A stretch of DNA of 64,000 bases from Escherichia coli (GTDB taxonomy: Bacteria > Pseudomonadota > Gammaproteobacteria > Enterobacterales > Enterobacteriaceae): the NCBI RefSeq assembly GCF_013315695.1, contig NZ_CP054353.1. One strand, 5' to 3'. Position 1 is the first letter of the stretch. Every line of letters starts with the position of its first letter. A program made the position numbers and the translations under genes. This document shows positions 51,479-63,663 of this stretch, one piece after another. The notes under the pieces are model-generated. The model saw only the letters and a program-made list of their open reading frames with translations. It was not told where the DNA came from and made no database searches.

Positions 51479-51905
51479 TATTATTGTCTCTCTGTATTCC
51501 TTCCCTACTCCTGTCTGACCCTGAAACATCACTGTTCAGAGTCGCTACCCGTCACGATAGACCGAAATCATGAAGATTCACGGCGCGCAATGCCTGGGTC
51601 TACGGTGAGAAGACCGTTGCCTTGTGGCAGCTATCGACATCACGAATGGCGTCTGTCCACGCCATACGTAGATTTCACTAGCACGGTAAACATGGTATTT
51701 ACATGCATGATTATGCGCATATAAGAATACTGTTTTTTTTCTTCCTAGAATGTTTTCGCAAAACACCAGGGGATTGTCAAAGCAAAACATCGATTTTTAG
51801 TACAACATGCCAGATATTCATTAACAGGGGCGTTTATTCATCATTTAATCGGCTTATAAAGCGGGAAATTTAAGTAGCAGAGGTGATAATGACGGGAGAA
51901 TTTGA

Positions 51906-52988
<1,083 letters not shown>

Positions 52989-53015
52989 TTTTACAAATCA
53001 GTAACAAAAGTAAAG

Positions 53016-53054
53016 AAGGCGACACCATGCGACTATGGGTCGCCTTTATTTTTT
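53016..53054 (+). terminator. trxB intrinsic terminator
   Basis: aaggcgaccca...tgggtcgcctt hairpin plus T-run. Confidence 0.65.
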
Positions 53055-53110
53055 CCTCGTTGTAACATTGCTCTGCAAATAATTCTGATAACTCACCTGC
53101 TAAGCGTGCA

Positions 53111-54877
53111 ATGAATAAATCCCGTCAAAAAGAGTTAACCCGCTGGTTAAAACAGCAAAGCGTCATCTCCCAACGTTGGCTGAATATTTCTCGTCTGCTG
53201 GGCTTTGTGAGCGGCATATTGATCATTGCCCAGGCCTGGTTCATGGCGCGAATTCTGCAACATATGATTATGGAGAATATTCCCCGTGAAGCCCTGCTGC
53301 TTCCCTTTACGTTACTGGTTCTGACCTTTGTACTGCGCGCATGGGTGGTCTGGTTACGCGAACGGGTGGGTTATCACGCCGGGCAGCATATCCGCTTTGC
53401 CATCCGCCGTCAGGTTCTCGACCGTCTGCAACAAGCAGGGCCAGCGTGGATTCAGGGTAAACCGGCGGGGAGCTGGGCGACGCTGGTACTCGAGCAAATT
53501 GACGATATGCATGATTACTATGCACGCTACCTGCCGCAAATGGCGCTGGCAGTGTCGGTGCCGTTGCTGATTGTGGTGGCTATCTTCCCCTCTAACTGGG
53601 CTGCGGCGCTCATTCTGCTGGGCACTGCTCCGTTAATTCCGTTGTTTATGGCGCTGGTTGGAATGGGGGCTGCCGATGCTAACCGACGTAACTTTCTCGC
53701 TCTTGCTCGCTTAAGTGGGCATTTTCTCGATCGCCTGCGCGGCATGGAAACATTGCGTATTTTTGGTCGTGGTGAAGCTGAAATTGAAAGTATTCGTTCT
53801 GCTTCGGAAGATTTCCGCCAACGGACAATGGAAGTGCTACGGCTGGCGTTTTTATCCTCCGGCATTCTCGAATTTTTTACCTCGCTGTCAATTGCTCTGG
53901 TGGCGGTCTACTTTGGTTTTTCCTACCTCGGCGAGCTGGATTTTGGTCACTACGATACTGGCGTGACGCTGGCTGCGGGTTTTCTGGCCCTGATCCTTGC
54001 GCCAGAGTTTTTCCAGCCATTACGCGATCTCGGTACGTTTTATCATGCTAAAGCCCAGGCTGTTGGTGCAGCTGACAGTTTGAAAACGTTTATGGAAACC
54101 CCGCTCGCCCATCCGCAGCGCGGTGAGGCGGAATTAGCATCGACCGAGCCGGTGACCATTGAAGCCGAGGATCTGTTTATCACGTCGCCGGAAGGTAAAA
54201 CGCTGGCCGGACCGCTGAATTTTACTTTGCCAGCAGGCCAACGAGCAGTGTTGGTTGGTCGCAGCGGTTCAGGTAAAAGTTCACTGTTGAACGCGCTTTC
54301 TGGTTTTCTCTCATATCAGGGATCGCTACGAATCAACGGGATAGAATTACGCGATTTATCACCGGAATCATGGCGTAAGCATCTCTCCTGGGTTGGGCAA
54401 AACCCACAATTACCGGCAGCAACACTACGGGATAACGTACTACTGGCACGACCTGATGCCAGCGAACACGAGTTACAAACAGCGCTGGATAACGCTTGGG
54501 TCAGTGAGTTTCTACCGCTCCTGCCACAAGGCGTTGATACGCCTGTTGGCGACCAGGCTGCCCGCCTTTCCGTGGGGCAGGCACAGCGCGTGGCGGTGGC
54601 CCGTGCGTTACTAAATCCCTGTTCGCTATTACTGTTGGATGAACCCGCTGCCAGCCTTGATGCTCACAGTGAACAGCGCGTAATGGAGGCGCTGAATGCC
54701 GCCTCTCTGCGCCAGACAACGTTAATGGTCACCCACCAGTTAGAAGATCTTGCTGACTGGGATGTCATTTGGGTAATGCAGGATGGTCAGATTATTGAGC
54801 AAGGACGTTACGCGGAATTAAGCGTGGCTGGTGGTCCTTTCGCCACATTGCTGGCCCATCGTCAGGAGGAGATTTAA
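53111..54877 (+). CDS. cydD: cysteine/glutathione ABC exporter subunit CydD
   Basis: 588 aa; six TM segments plus ABC ATPase (GRSGSGKSS, LSVGQAQR). Confidence 0.95.
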   Translation: MNKSRQKELTRWLKQQSVISQRWLNISRLLGFVSGILIIAQAWFMARILQHMIMENIPREALLLPFTLLVLTFVLRAWVVWLRERVGYHAGQHIRFAIRRQVLDRLQQAGPAWIQGKPAGSWATLVLEQIDDMHDYYARYLPQMALAVSVPLLIVVAIFPSNWAAALILLGTAPLIPLFMALVGMGAADANRRNFLALARLSGHFLDRLRGMETLRIFGRGEAEIESIRSASEDFRQRTMEVLRLAFLSSGILEFFTSLSIALVAVYFGFSYLGELDFGHYDTGVTLAAGFLALILAPEFFQPLRDLGTFYHAKAQAVGAADSLKTFMETPLAHPQRGEAELASTEPVTIEAEDLFITSPEGKTLAGPLNFTLPAGQRAVLVGRSGSGKSSLLNALSGFLSYQGSLRINGIELRDLSPESWRKHLSWVGQNPQLPAATLRDNVLLARPDASEHELQTALDNAWVSEFLPLLPQGVDTPVGDQAARLSVGQAQRVAVARALLNPCSLLLLDEPAASLDAHSEQRVMEALNAASLRQTTLMVTHQLEDLADWDVIWVMQDGQIIEQGRYAELSVAGGPFATLLAHRQEEI

Positions 54878-56599
54878 ATGCGCGCTTTGCTACCCTATCT
54901 GGCACTGTATAAACGTCATAAATGGATGTTAAGTCTTGGTATTGTGCTGGCAATTGTCACGCTGCTCGCCAGTATCGGTCTGTTGACACTTTCCGGCTGG
55001 TTCCTCTCCGCCTCAGCGGTAGCGGGGGTTGCCGGACTGTACAGCTTCAACTATATGCTACCCGCTGCGGGCGTGCGTGGCGCAGCAATCACCCGTACTG
55101 CCGGGCGCTATTTTGAACGTCTGGTAAGTCACGACGCGACTTTCCGCGTGTTGCAGCATCTGCGCATTTATACCTTCAGCAAATTGCTGCCCCTCTCCCC
55201 TGCCGGACTGGCGCGCTATCGTCAGGGCGAATTGCTCAACCGCGTGGTGGCGGATGTTGATACGCTCGATCATCTTTACCTGCGCGTTATCTCGCCGCTG
55301 GTGGGCGCTTTTGTGGTGATTATGGTGGTGACAATCGGGTTAAGTTTCCTTGATTTCACCCTCGCCTTTACGCTGGGCGGCATTATGTTACTGACGCTTT
55401 TCCTTATGCCACCACTGTTTTATCGTGCGGGAAAAAGCACCGGGCAAAATCTGACTCATCTTCGCGGGCAGTATCGCCAACAACTGACGGCCTGGCTGCA
55501 AGGGCAAGCTGAGCTGACCATTTTTGGTGCCAGCGATCGTTATCGCACGCAGTTAGAGAATACCGAAATTCAGTGGCTGGAAGCGCAACGTCGTCAATCT
55601 GAACTCACCGCATTGTCGCAAGCGATAATGCTGCTCATTGGCGCGTTAGCGGTGATCCTGATGCTGTGGATGGCGTCTGGCGGCGTTGGCGGCAATGCTC
55701 AACCCGGCGCGTTAATTGCCCTGTTTGTCTTCTGCGCGTTAGCCGCGTTTGAAGCACTGGCACCAGTAACGGGTGCATTTCAGCATCTGGGGCAAGTCAT
55801 TGCCTCTGCCGTACGGATCACTGACTTAACGGATCAAAAACCGGAGGTCACCTTCCCTGATACCCAAACTCGTGTTGCCGATCGCGTTTCGCTGACGTTA
55901 CGGGATGTTCAGTTCACTTATCCGGAGCAATCCCAACAGGCACTTGAAGGGATTTCTCTTCAGGTAAACGCCGGAGAACATATAGCGATTCTCGGGCGAA
56001 CCGGATGCGGCAAATCAACATTGTTACAACTGCTGACCCGCGCATGGGACCCGCAACAGGGCGAGATTTTGCTTAACGATAGCCCCATAGCCAGCCTGAA
56101 TGAAGCGACTCTACGACAGACCATCAGCGTTGTGCCACAGCGAGTGCATCTGTTTAGCGCCACGCTGCGTGATAATCTGTTACTCGCCTCACCTGGCAGT
56201 AGTGATGAGGCTCTGGCGGAGATCTTACGTCGCGTTGGTCTGGAGAAGCTGCTCGAGGATGCAGGTCTCAACAGTTGGTTAGGTGAAGGCGGACGCCAGC
56301 TCTCCGGTGGTGAACTGCGCCGTCTGGCTATCGCCCGTGCGCTGTTACATGATGCGCCGCTGGTATTGCTGGATGAACCTACAGAAGGCTTAGATGCCAC
56401 AACCGAAAGTCAGATCCTTGAATTGCTTGCAGAAATGATGTGCGAGAAAACGGTGTTAATGGTCACCCATCGACTTCGCGGACTCTCTCGTTTCCAACAA
56501 ATAATAGTGATGGACAACGGGCAAATTATTGAGCAAGGTACTCACGCAGAACTGCTTGCCAGACAGGGGCGTTATTACCAGTTTAAGCAGGGTTTGTAA
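54878..56599 (+). CDS. cydC: cysteine/glutathione ABC exporter subunit CydC
   Basis: 573 aa; ABC motifs (GRTGCGKST, LSGGELRR); coupled to cydD. Confidence 0.95.
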   Translation: MRALLPYLALYKRHKWMLSLGIVLAIVTLLASIGLLTLSGWFLSASAVAGVAGLYSFNYMLPAAGVRGAAITRTAGRYFERLVSHDATFRVLQHLRIYTFSKLLPLSPAGLARYRQGELLNRVVADVDTLDHLYLRVISPLVGAFVVIMVVTIGLSFLDFTLAFTLGGIMLLTLFLMPPLFYRAGKSTGQNLTHLRGQYRQQLTAWLQGQAELTIFGASDRYRTQLENTEIQWLEAQRRQSELTALSQAIMLLIGALAVILMLWMASGGVGGNAQPGALIALFVFCALAAFEALAPVTGAFQHLGQVIASAVRITDLTDQKPEVTFPDTQTRVADRVSLTLRDVQFTYPEQSQQALEGISLQVNAGEHIAILGRTGCGKSTLLQLLTRAWDPQQGEILLNDSPIASLNEATLRQTISVVPQRVHLFSATLRDNLLLASPGSSDEALAEILRRVGLEKLLEDAGLNSWLGEGGRQLSGGELRRLAIARALLHDAPLVLLDEPTEGLDATTESQILELLAEMMCEKTVLMVTHRLRGLSRFQQIIVMDNGQIIEQGTHAELLARQGRYYQFKQGL

Positions 56600-56640
56600 G
56601 CTATTATTGAACGATCCGACTTGCGTGGAGTTTTGCGGTC

Positions 56641-57345
56641 ATGCGCCTGGTTCAGCTTTCTCGCCATTCAATAGCCTTCCCTTCCCCGGAAGGCGCATTA
56701 CGTGAGCCTAACGGCCTGCTGGCACTGGGGGGCGATCTTAGCCCTGCGCGCCTGTTAATGGCTTATCAGCGTGGTATTTTCCCGTGGTTTTCTCCAGGCG
56801 ACCCCATCCTCTGGTGGTCGCCCGATCCTCGCGCGGTACTATGGCCTGAATCATTGCATATCAGCCGTAGTATGAAACGATTTCATAAACGCTCGCCCTA
56901 TCGTGTCACGATGAATTACGCCTTTGGTCAGGTCATTGAAGGCTGTGCCAGCGATCGCGAAGAAGGAACCTGGATCACGCGTGGCGTGGTCGAAGCCTAC
57001 CATCGTCTTCACGAACTCGGTCATGCCCACTCCATCGAAGTCTGGTGTGAAGATGAGCTTGTTGGCGGTATGTACGGTGTGGCCCAGGGAACACTATTTT
57101 GTGGCGAGTCCATGTTCAGCCGGATGGAAAATGCGTCTAAAACGGCGCTTCTGGTATTCTGTGAGGAATTTATCGGTCATGGCGGTAAACTTATCGACTG
57201 CCAGGTCCTTAACGATCACACAGCGTCGCTTGGTGCCTGCGAAATTCCCCGCCGGGATTACCTCAATTATCTCAATCAAATGCGCCTCGGACGATTGCCG
57301 AATAATTTCTGGGTACCACGGTGCTTGTTTTCACCACAAGAATGA
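56641..57345 (+). CDS. aat: leucyl/phenylalanyl-tRNA-protein transferase
   Basis: 234 aa; position between cydC and infA. Confidence 0.9.
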   Translation: MRLVQLSRHSIAFPSPEGALREPNGLLALGGDLSPARLLMAYQRGIFPWFSPGDPILWWSPDPRAVLWPESLHISRSMKRFHKRSPYRVTMNYAFGQVIEGCASDREEGTWITRGVVEAYHRLHELGHAHSIEVWCEDELVGGMYGVAQGTLFCGESMFSRMENASKTALLVFCEEFIGHGGKLIDCQVLNDHTASLGACEIPRRDYLNYLNQMRLGRLPNNFWVPRCLFSPQE

Positions 57346-57625
57346 ATGTTTTCGGCACATTTCTCCCCAGAGTGTTATAATTGCGGTCGCAGAGTTGGTT
57401 ACGCTCATTACCCCGCTGCCGATAAGGAATTTTCGCGTCAGGTAACGCCTATCGTTTATCTCACCGCTCCCTTATACGTTGCGCTTTTGGTGCGGCTTAG
57501 CCGTGTGTTTTCGGAGTAATGTGCCGAACCTGTTTGTTGCGATTTAGCGCGCAAATCTTTACTTATTTACAGAACTTCGGCATTATCTTGCCGGTTCAAA
57601 TTACGGTAGTGATACCCCAGAGGAT

Positions 57626-57847
<222 letters not shown>

Positions 57848-57887
57848 TTGTTTTACCGCCTGATGGGCGAAGAGAAAGAACGAGTAA

Positions 57888-57915
57888 AAGGTCGGTTTAA
57901 CCGGCCTTTTTATTT
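57888..57915 (+). terminator. infA intrinsic terminator
   Basis: ggtcgg-tttaa-ccggcc hairpin plus T-run. Confidence 0.6.
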
Positions 57916-58100
57916 TGTGATATGTAGGAAGTACTTTGGAAGTATAAGTCCATAACTTGTCTCGATGTAGATATACTGCACAACTTGTTTACAGTATGAG
58001 CAAACAATAATTATCATTAAAATTCTTCTTGACCGTTTTACTCCAACTCCCTATAGTAGCGCCCCGTTGCCCCCCATGAGGTCAGGCAGCAAAACAATTT

Positions 58101-58188
58101 GGTGAGGTGTCCGAGTGGCTGAAGGAGCACGCCTGGAAAGTGTGTATACGGCAACGTATCGGGGGTTCGAATCCCCCCCTCACCGCCA
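58101..58188 (+). tRNA. serW: tRNA-Ser (anticodon GGA)
   Basis: 88 nt GGTGAGGTGTCCGAGTGG...GGTTCGAATCCCCCCCTCACCGCCA with long variable arm; anticodon loop cctGGAaag. Confidence 0.92.
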
Positions 58189-58202
58189 TATTCAAAGAAG
58201 AG

Positions 58203-58228
58203 CTCGTACGAAAGTACGAGTTTTTTTT
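58203..58228 (+). terminator. serW intrinsic terminator
   Basis: ctcgtac-gaaa-gtacgag hairpin followed by T8. Confidence 0.7.
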
Positions 58229-58238
58229 CGCATTTTAT

Positions 58239-58318
58239 CTGCCTGTACGGCAGTGAACGGTATAAAAATCGAGTTTTTCTTTCGGTTGGCTTTCTAAGCT
58301 GCCTGTACGGCAGTGAAC
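58239..58318. repeat. two copies of a 20-bp hairpin-forming motif (ctgcctgtacggcagtgaac) 60 bp apart
   Basis: Exact direct repeat in the serW-clpA intergenic region, each able to fold (ctgcc-tgtac-ggcag). Confidence 0.6.
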
Positions 58319-58529
58319 TCAAATACTACACGTTTAGCTCGTTGTTGATAAAGAAAAATCATCTCATTTTCCTGCCGCACCCTTTTTTATTCTTACCTTC
58401 CAGCACCATTAATTATCAACAACTTACCTTCACATCCAAAAATAGGGTTTTCACCGTTCCACCCTACAAACAAAAAGTCCGTAACCTCTTTCGAGATTAC
58501 GGACTTCACCAACCTACCTAACAATTAGA

Positions 58530-60806
58530 TTAATGCGCTGCTTCCGCCTTGTGCTTTTGTGCACTCTGGAATCCGTAAGTCAGCTCATTTTTCTCTTTAT
58601 CCAGCGCAACCGTCACCTGACCGCCGTCCACCAGCGAACCAAACAACAGTTCGTTGGCGAGCGGTTTTTTCAGGTTGTCCTGGATGACACGCGCCATCGG
58701 ACGTGCGCCCATTGCCCGGTCGTAACCTTTCTCGGCCAGCCAGTTACGCGCTTCCTGGCTCACTTCCAGAGAAACACCTTTCTGATCCAGCTGAACCTGC
58801 AACTCGACGATGAATTTATCCACTACCTGATGGATCACGTCGGTGGAGAGATGATCGAACCAGATAATGTTGTCGAGACGGTTACGAAACTCCGGCGTAA
58901 AGATCTTCTTGATCTCTTCCATCGCATCGGTGCTGTTGTCCTGGTGGATAAGACCAATCGATTTACGCTCAGTTTCTCGTACCCCAGCGTTGGTGGTCAT
59001 CACCAATACCACGTTACGGAAGTCCGCTTTGCGTCCGTTGTTATCGGTCAGCGTACCGTTGTCCATCACCTGCAACAGAATATTGAACACGTCCGGATGC
59101 GCTTTCTCGATTTCGTCCAGCAGCAGTACCGCGTGCGGATGCTTGATTACCGCATCGGTCAGCAGCCCCCCCTGATCAAAACCAACGTATCCCGGAGGCG
59201 CACCAATCAGACGGCTGACGGTATGGCGTTCCATATACTCGGACATATCAAAGCGCAGAAGCTCAATGCCCAAAGCTTTCGAAAGCTGTACCGTCACCTC
59301 TGTTTTCCCGACCCCGGTAGGGCCGGCAAACAGGAACGAACCGACCGGTTTATGTTCGTGACCTAAACCTGCACGCGCCATCTTAATGGCTTCAGTCAGC
59401 GCCTCAATGGCTTTATCCTGACCGAAGACCAGCATTTTCAGGCGATCGCCGAGGTTTTTCAGGGTATCGCGGTCACTCTGAGAAACACTCTTCTCTGGAA
59501 TGCGTGCAATACGGGCCACCACGGACTCAATATCCGCCACATTAACGGTTTTCTTGCGTTTGCTGACCGGCATCAGACGCGCGCGAGCGCCCGCTTCGTC
59601 GATAACATCAATCGCTTTATCCGGCAGATGACGATCGTTAATGTATTTCACCGCCAACTCTACCGCCGCACGCACCGCTTTTGCGGTATAACGCACGTCG
59701 TGGTGCGCTTCATACTTCGGTTTCAGGCCATTGATGATTTGAACAGTTTCTTCGATCGACGGTTCAGTAATATCAATTTTCTGGAAGCGACGCGCCAGAG
59801 CACGGTCTTTCTCGAAAATGTTGCTGAACTCCTGATAGGTTGTCGAACCAATTACGCGAATTTTACCGCTGGAGAGCAGCGGTTTGATCAGGTTAGCCGC
59901 ATCGACCTGGCCACCAGACGCTGCACCCGCACCGATAATGGTGTGGATCTCATCAATAAACAGGATGCTGTTAGTGTCCTGCTCCAGCTGCTTGAGCAAC
60001 GCTTTAAAACGTTTTTCAAAGTCGCCGCGATATTTTGTGCCCGCTAACAGAGAACCGATATCGAGAGAGTAAATCGTACAGTCAGCCATCACTTCCGGCA
60101 CATCGCCCTGAACAATTCGCCAGGCAAGACCTTCCGCAATCGCGGTTTTACCGACACCAGACTCCCCCACCAGCAGCGGGTTGTTTTTACGGCGACGGCA
60201 GAGAACCTGAATAGCACGCTCCAGCTCCTTCTCACGACCAATCAGTGGGTCGATTCCGCCCACTCGCGCAAGCTGATTCAGGTTCGTCGTGAAATTCTCC
60301 ATACGTTCCTCCCCACCAGCTTGTTCTTCGCTGTTTGGCTGGCTGCCAGGATCAGAAGACTGTGTCGGCTCGTCTTTACGCGTGCCATGAGAGATAAAGT
60401 TCACCACATCGAGACGGCTGACTTCATGTTTACGCAACAGATATGCCGCCTGCGACTCCTGTTCGCTAAAGATAGCGACCAGAACGTTTGCACCGGTAAC
60501 CTCATTGCGACCGGAGGACTGGACATGGAAGACCGCACGTTGCAGTACACGCTGAAAACTCAGCGTCGGCTGTGTGTCGCGCTCCTCTTCACTGGCAGGC
60601 AGAACGGGTGTGGTTTGTTCAATAAAGGCTTCCAGTTCCTGACGGAGCGCAACCAAATCCACAGAACACGCTTCCAGCGCCTCCCGGGCAGATGGGTTAC
60701 TGAGCAGCGCCAGTAACAAGTGCTCGACGGTCATAAACTCATGACGGTGCTCGCGCGCTCTGGCGAAAGCCATATTTAAACTGAGTTCCAGTTCTTGATT
60801 GAGCAT
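58530..60806 (-). CDS. clpA: ATP-dependent Clp protease ATP-binding subunit ClpA
   Basis: 758 aa from [22 protein letters not shown]; two AAA+ modules; ORF-track frame starts 5 codons upstream. Confidence 0.95.
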   Translation of the reverse strand: MLNQELELSLNMAFARAREHRHEFMTVEHLLLALLSNPSAREALEACSVDLVALRQELEAFIEQTTPVLPASEEERDTQPTLSFQRVLQRAVFHVQSSGRNEVTGANVLVAIFSEQESQAAYLLRKHEVSRLDVVNFISHGTRKDEPTQSSDPGSQPNSEEQAGGEERMENFTTNLNQLARVGGIDPLIGREKELERAIQVLCRRRKNNPLLVGESGVGKTAIAEGLAWRIVQGDVPEVMADCTIYSLDIGSLLAGTKYRGDFEKRFKALLKQLEQDTNSILFIDEIHTIIGAGAASGGQVDAANLIKPLLSSGKIRVIGSTTYQEFSNIFEKDRALARRFQKIDITEPSIEETVQIINGLKPKYEAHHDVRYTAKAVRAAVELAVKYINDRHLPDKAIDVIDEAGARARLMPVSKRKKTVNVADIESVVARIARIPEKSVSQSDRDTLKNLGDRLKMLVFGQDKAIEALTEAIKMARAGLGHEHKPVGSFLFAGPTGVGKTEVTVQLSKALGIELLRFDMSEYMERHTVSRLIGAPPGYVGFDQGGLLTDAVIKHPHAVLLLDEIEKAHPDVFNILLQVMDNGTLTDNNGRKADFRNVVLVMTTNAGVRETERKSIGLIHQDNSTDAMEEIKKIFTPEFRNRLDNIIWFDHLSTDVIHQVVDKFIVELQVQLDQKGVSLEVSQEARNWLAEKGYDRAMGARPMARVIQDNLKKPLANELLFGSLVDGGQVTVALDKEKNELTYGFQSAQKHKAEAAH

Positions 60807-60836
60807 AGGCACCTCCCCCAATTTTTATGCCTGCAT

Positions 60837-61157
60837 TCAGGCTTTTTCTAGCGTACACAGCAATGGATGCTCATTCTCCCTCGCGTACTTGTTCACCATC
60901 GCCACTTTGGTTTCTGCAACCTCGGCGGTAAAGACTCCGCAAATGGCCTTCCCCTGGTAGTGAACAGCGAGCATCAATTGCGTTGCACGTTCTACATCAT
61001 AAGAAAAGAATTTTTGTAACACGTCAATAACAAACTCCATCGGAGTGTAATCATCATTGACTAATATCACTTTATACATAGATGGCGGTTTTAGCGCGTC
61101 GCGAACTTTTTCTTCCGCCAGTTGATCAAAGTCCAGCCAGTCGTTCGTTTTACCCAT
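60837..61157 (-). CDS. clpS: ClpA adaptor protein ClpS
   Basis: 106 aa [42 protein letters not shown]. Confidence 0.95.
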
Positions 61158-61779
61158 TGTCAGTTATCATCTTCGGTTACGGTTATCGGCAGAACGCCCT
61201 GCCGCTGACAAGAGCTTATTTGCCTGACCAATCTACTCCACATGATAGATAACTATCATTTATAACATCTCATTGATTAGTCTTTATTTTTCATTGTGTT
61301 ACAAATAACAGCTCTGTCAAAAACAGCGAAATTAACTACACCATTAACTACACCGTTTCACGAACAATATCGAACAACCACGAACAAAGATCAACACGCT
61401 TTAACCGTTATCATTTTCCGGCTATCCGTTATGAAGCTGGTGGATGTTCCCCGATATGGGGATCCCCACCTACCGGAATTTTTGCCAGGTTAAATGTTAA
61501 CCTCTGCCCTGTTAACATTTTTACCAAAAAGGTAGTTAACATTTTTTGCACGCAACCAGATGAATCATAAAGAAAAAATCAACAACAACGCTTCATCAGG
61601 CAGTTAACATGTTAACTACTACGAAACGGTAATTTTTTCTCTGCGTGAGAGGGGGCGCGGTGTCCAGCTTATTCGTTGTTCGTGGCTAACCACTCCCCCC
61701 CCATGCCGGATTTTTTTTCCGGTTAACTGTTAATCAGGCTGGTGGGTTTTACATACCCTTGATCACCGTAATGATGATC

Positions 61780-62000
61780 CAGATCTGCACATTTCCACCA
61801 ATGGTGGAAAAGCCCACAGCAGGCCGCCCAGCCTCCACCAATGGGGTAAAAGCATCAACCGTAACGAAAGTCGTTATGGTTGCCACCGATACCCCAAATT
61901 TGGGTATCACGAGTAAGCCCCAAAATCTGGGTGTTACTCTTACCACCCAAACTACGGGTAGTTTCCGTAGTTTCATGGTCGAGTTGCAGATCTGCAACTC
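61780..62000. promoter_or_regulatory. cluster of palindromic motifs (ccaccaatggtgg x2, acccaaatttgggt-like x3, tgcagatctgca)
   Basis: Several near-perfect 12-16 bp palindromes within 220 bp; the overlapping ORFs look non-coding. Confidence 0.35.
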
Positions 62001-62293
62001 CCCCATTAACCACAGGCGAATTTCCGCCTTCGGTCATTCCTTAATCATCTGCGTAATCATAATGATTATTCAGCAAGCGCAATTTTGCGCTTTGCTTAAA
62101 GTTCAGCGAGTTACCGCGCCGACTTCCTCAAATTGAGGTTTCCGAAAATATCAGCGGGTTAGCGATTAAGCTGATCATTAATTAAACTGCGAAAATTTCG
62201 TAGTTTGTGACTGTCTTTCAGGCAGCTTGTTAACAGTCCTCAGAAGCGAGGGATGTAGCCACCCATTTTTGGTCCGTCGGGAATATCAACCAG

Positions 62294-62575
62294 TTACCGC
62301 CGCAACCGCTCCGGCTTCTTCCAGTGGTACGTTATTTTCTCCTTCTCCCGATACATCTCCACGCGGCGACGGTAGGCCAGCAACTCAAGAACTCTGGTTC
62401 GTATGTTGCGCATATCCACGCCATTAAGTTCTATACCATCACGGCGCATCACCTCCGCAACAACACGCGCATAATTTTCAGCGGTCACGCTGTCCGGCTG
62501 CGTGGCCTGTTCGTCAACCTGCTGGCTGATTCCGGCAACGCGGCGGATTAATCCCAGTATTTCGGCTTCTGTCAT
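62294..62575 (-). CDS. hypothetical protein (93 aa, MTEAEILGLIRRVAGISQQVDEQ...)
   Basis: ATG-initiated ORF with protein-like composition; my hand count places the ATG one base from the ORF-track start. Confidence 0.45.
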   Translation of the reverse strand: MTEAEILGLIRRVAGISQQVDEQATQPDSVTAENYARVVAEVMRRDGIELNGVDMRNIRTRVLELLAYRRRVEMYREKEKITYHWKKPERLRR

Positions 62576-62610
62576 TGTGCCCCCATCGTTCTGATAGTCT
62601 GGTGTCGTCG

Positions 62611-63210
62611 GGTCCTTCCTGGAATTATGGCCCGTTACGGGGCGGCGACCTCGCGGTTTTTCGCTATTTATGAGATTTTTTGAGGGGGTGGTTGTTGTTT
62701 AATTGTTTGGTATATCTAATTGATAAGTAAGGTAAAAATAAAATAAATACAACAACCTTACGATGTATTTTGATGTCATTAATGTGAAAAAATTCAATGA
62801 TATCAAATGGTTTTGTAAAAACACATGGTTGTTGTATCGCGTATTTGATGGCGTAACAGAAAGTGATTTTTAACTTTACCGCTCTGTAACTACGGATTAT
62901 TCCATGCTGGCACGGAGAACGGCTACGGCATGACGCCACCCAGCCTATACAGCACAGTAAAGCCGATAAATTGTTAATCACGCGCAGCAATGCGTGTGAT
63001 TTTTGCACACTTCCGGTTAACGGGTACGATGTCCGGTTTTAGTGTCTGTTTTTTGCGCATGTCCGGTTCATAGAAAGCATGTTTTTATATTTTTCATATG
63101 GTTAACTTGCAGAGAAACCGGACATGGATCCCGGAAAATTTTCATAAATAGTGAAAACGCGCGAGGTCGCCGCCCCGTAACGGGTCCATATGCCGGAAAG
63201 GACCCGTAAA
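62611..63210. repeat. ~50-bp imperfect inverted repeats (25-bp perfect core cccgttacggggcggcgacctcgcg / cgcgaggtcgccgccccgtaacggg) flanking a ~500-bp AT-rich segment
   Basis: Left arm 62611-62660, right arm 63157-63210 in reverse complement; interior holds atgtccggtt repeats and no convincing ORF. Confidence 0.7.
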
Positions 63211-63232
63211 AAAAAGCCGGATTTCTCCGGCC
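63208..63232 (-). terminator. intrinsic terminator for the minus-strand operon (gccgga-tttct-ccggc plus T8 on minus strand)
   Basis: Hairpin immediately after the 137-aa gene stop, followed by a T-run on the transcribed strand. Confidence 0.65.
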
Positions 63233-63237
63233 TTGTC

Positions 63238-63651
63238 TCAGATGGTTTTCAGTATGCGATCGATGTCGCCGTCATCGCCCTGGTTTCTGCCATCGTACGC
63301 CATGCCAGCTGATACGGCTTGCGGGCTGTGCATGTCCATAAAGTTTTCAAAGGCTGCGGTAAGCTCTGGTGCAACCTTTGGGCGCTCCTGCTCTATGGTC
63401 ATGTTCAGGATTTCACGAGCATTATCGACGCTAATACATGGCACGTTTGCCATTGCACGTAACAGCGGCTGATAGTCGTTATGTTCATGAAGCGCCATAA
63501 TCGCATCAGCGCGCGGCTTGTCCTGTTCTTCCAGTTTGTTGAGTTGATATACGGCCTCGTAGGTTGATAAACCTCTGTCAGCCATTGCCCGCGCTTCTGC
63601 TTTAAATTTACTCGCCAGCGGTAGCGCCATGATGCTTTCATTCGTTGCCAT
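63238..63651 (-). CDS. hypothetical protein (137 aa) co-transcribed with the decoration-protein homolog
   Basis: ATG with AGGGGAAA RBS 12 bp after the upstream stop; terminator follows. Confidence 0.6.
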   Translation of the reverse strand: MATNESIMALPLASKFKAEARAMADRGLSTYEAVYQLNKLEEQDKPRADAIMALHEHNDYQPLLRAMANVPCISVDNAREILNMTIEQERPKVAPELTAAFENFMDMHSPQAVSAGMAYDGRNQGDDGDIDRILKTI

Positions 63652-63663
63652 CGTTTCCCCTGC

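Noticed and set aside
61749-62136. Overlapping ORFs on both strands across the palindrome cluster (85 aa minus, 125 aa plus)
   Set aside because: They overlap each other and are built from the palindromic repeats; neither resembles CspD, which was the gene expected here.
62664-63008. 114-aa minus-strand ORF inside the IR-bounded AT-rich segment
   Set aside because: No RBS, AT-driven composition rich in Ile/Lys/Phe, and it lies across the repeated atgtccggtt motifs; more likely non-coding.
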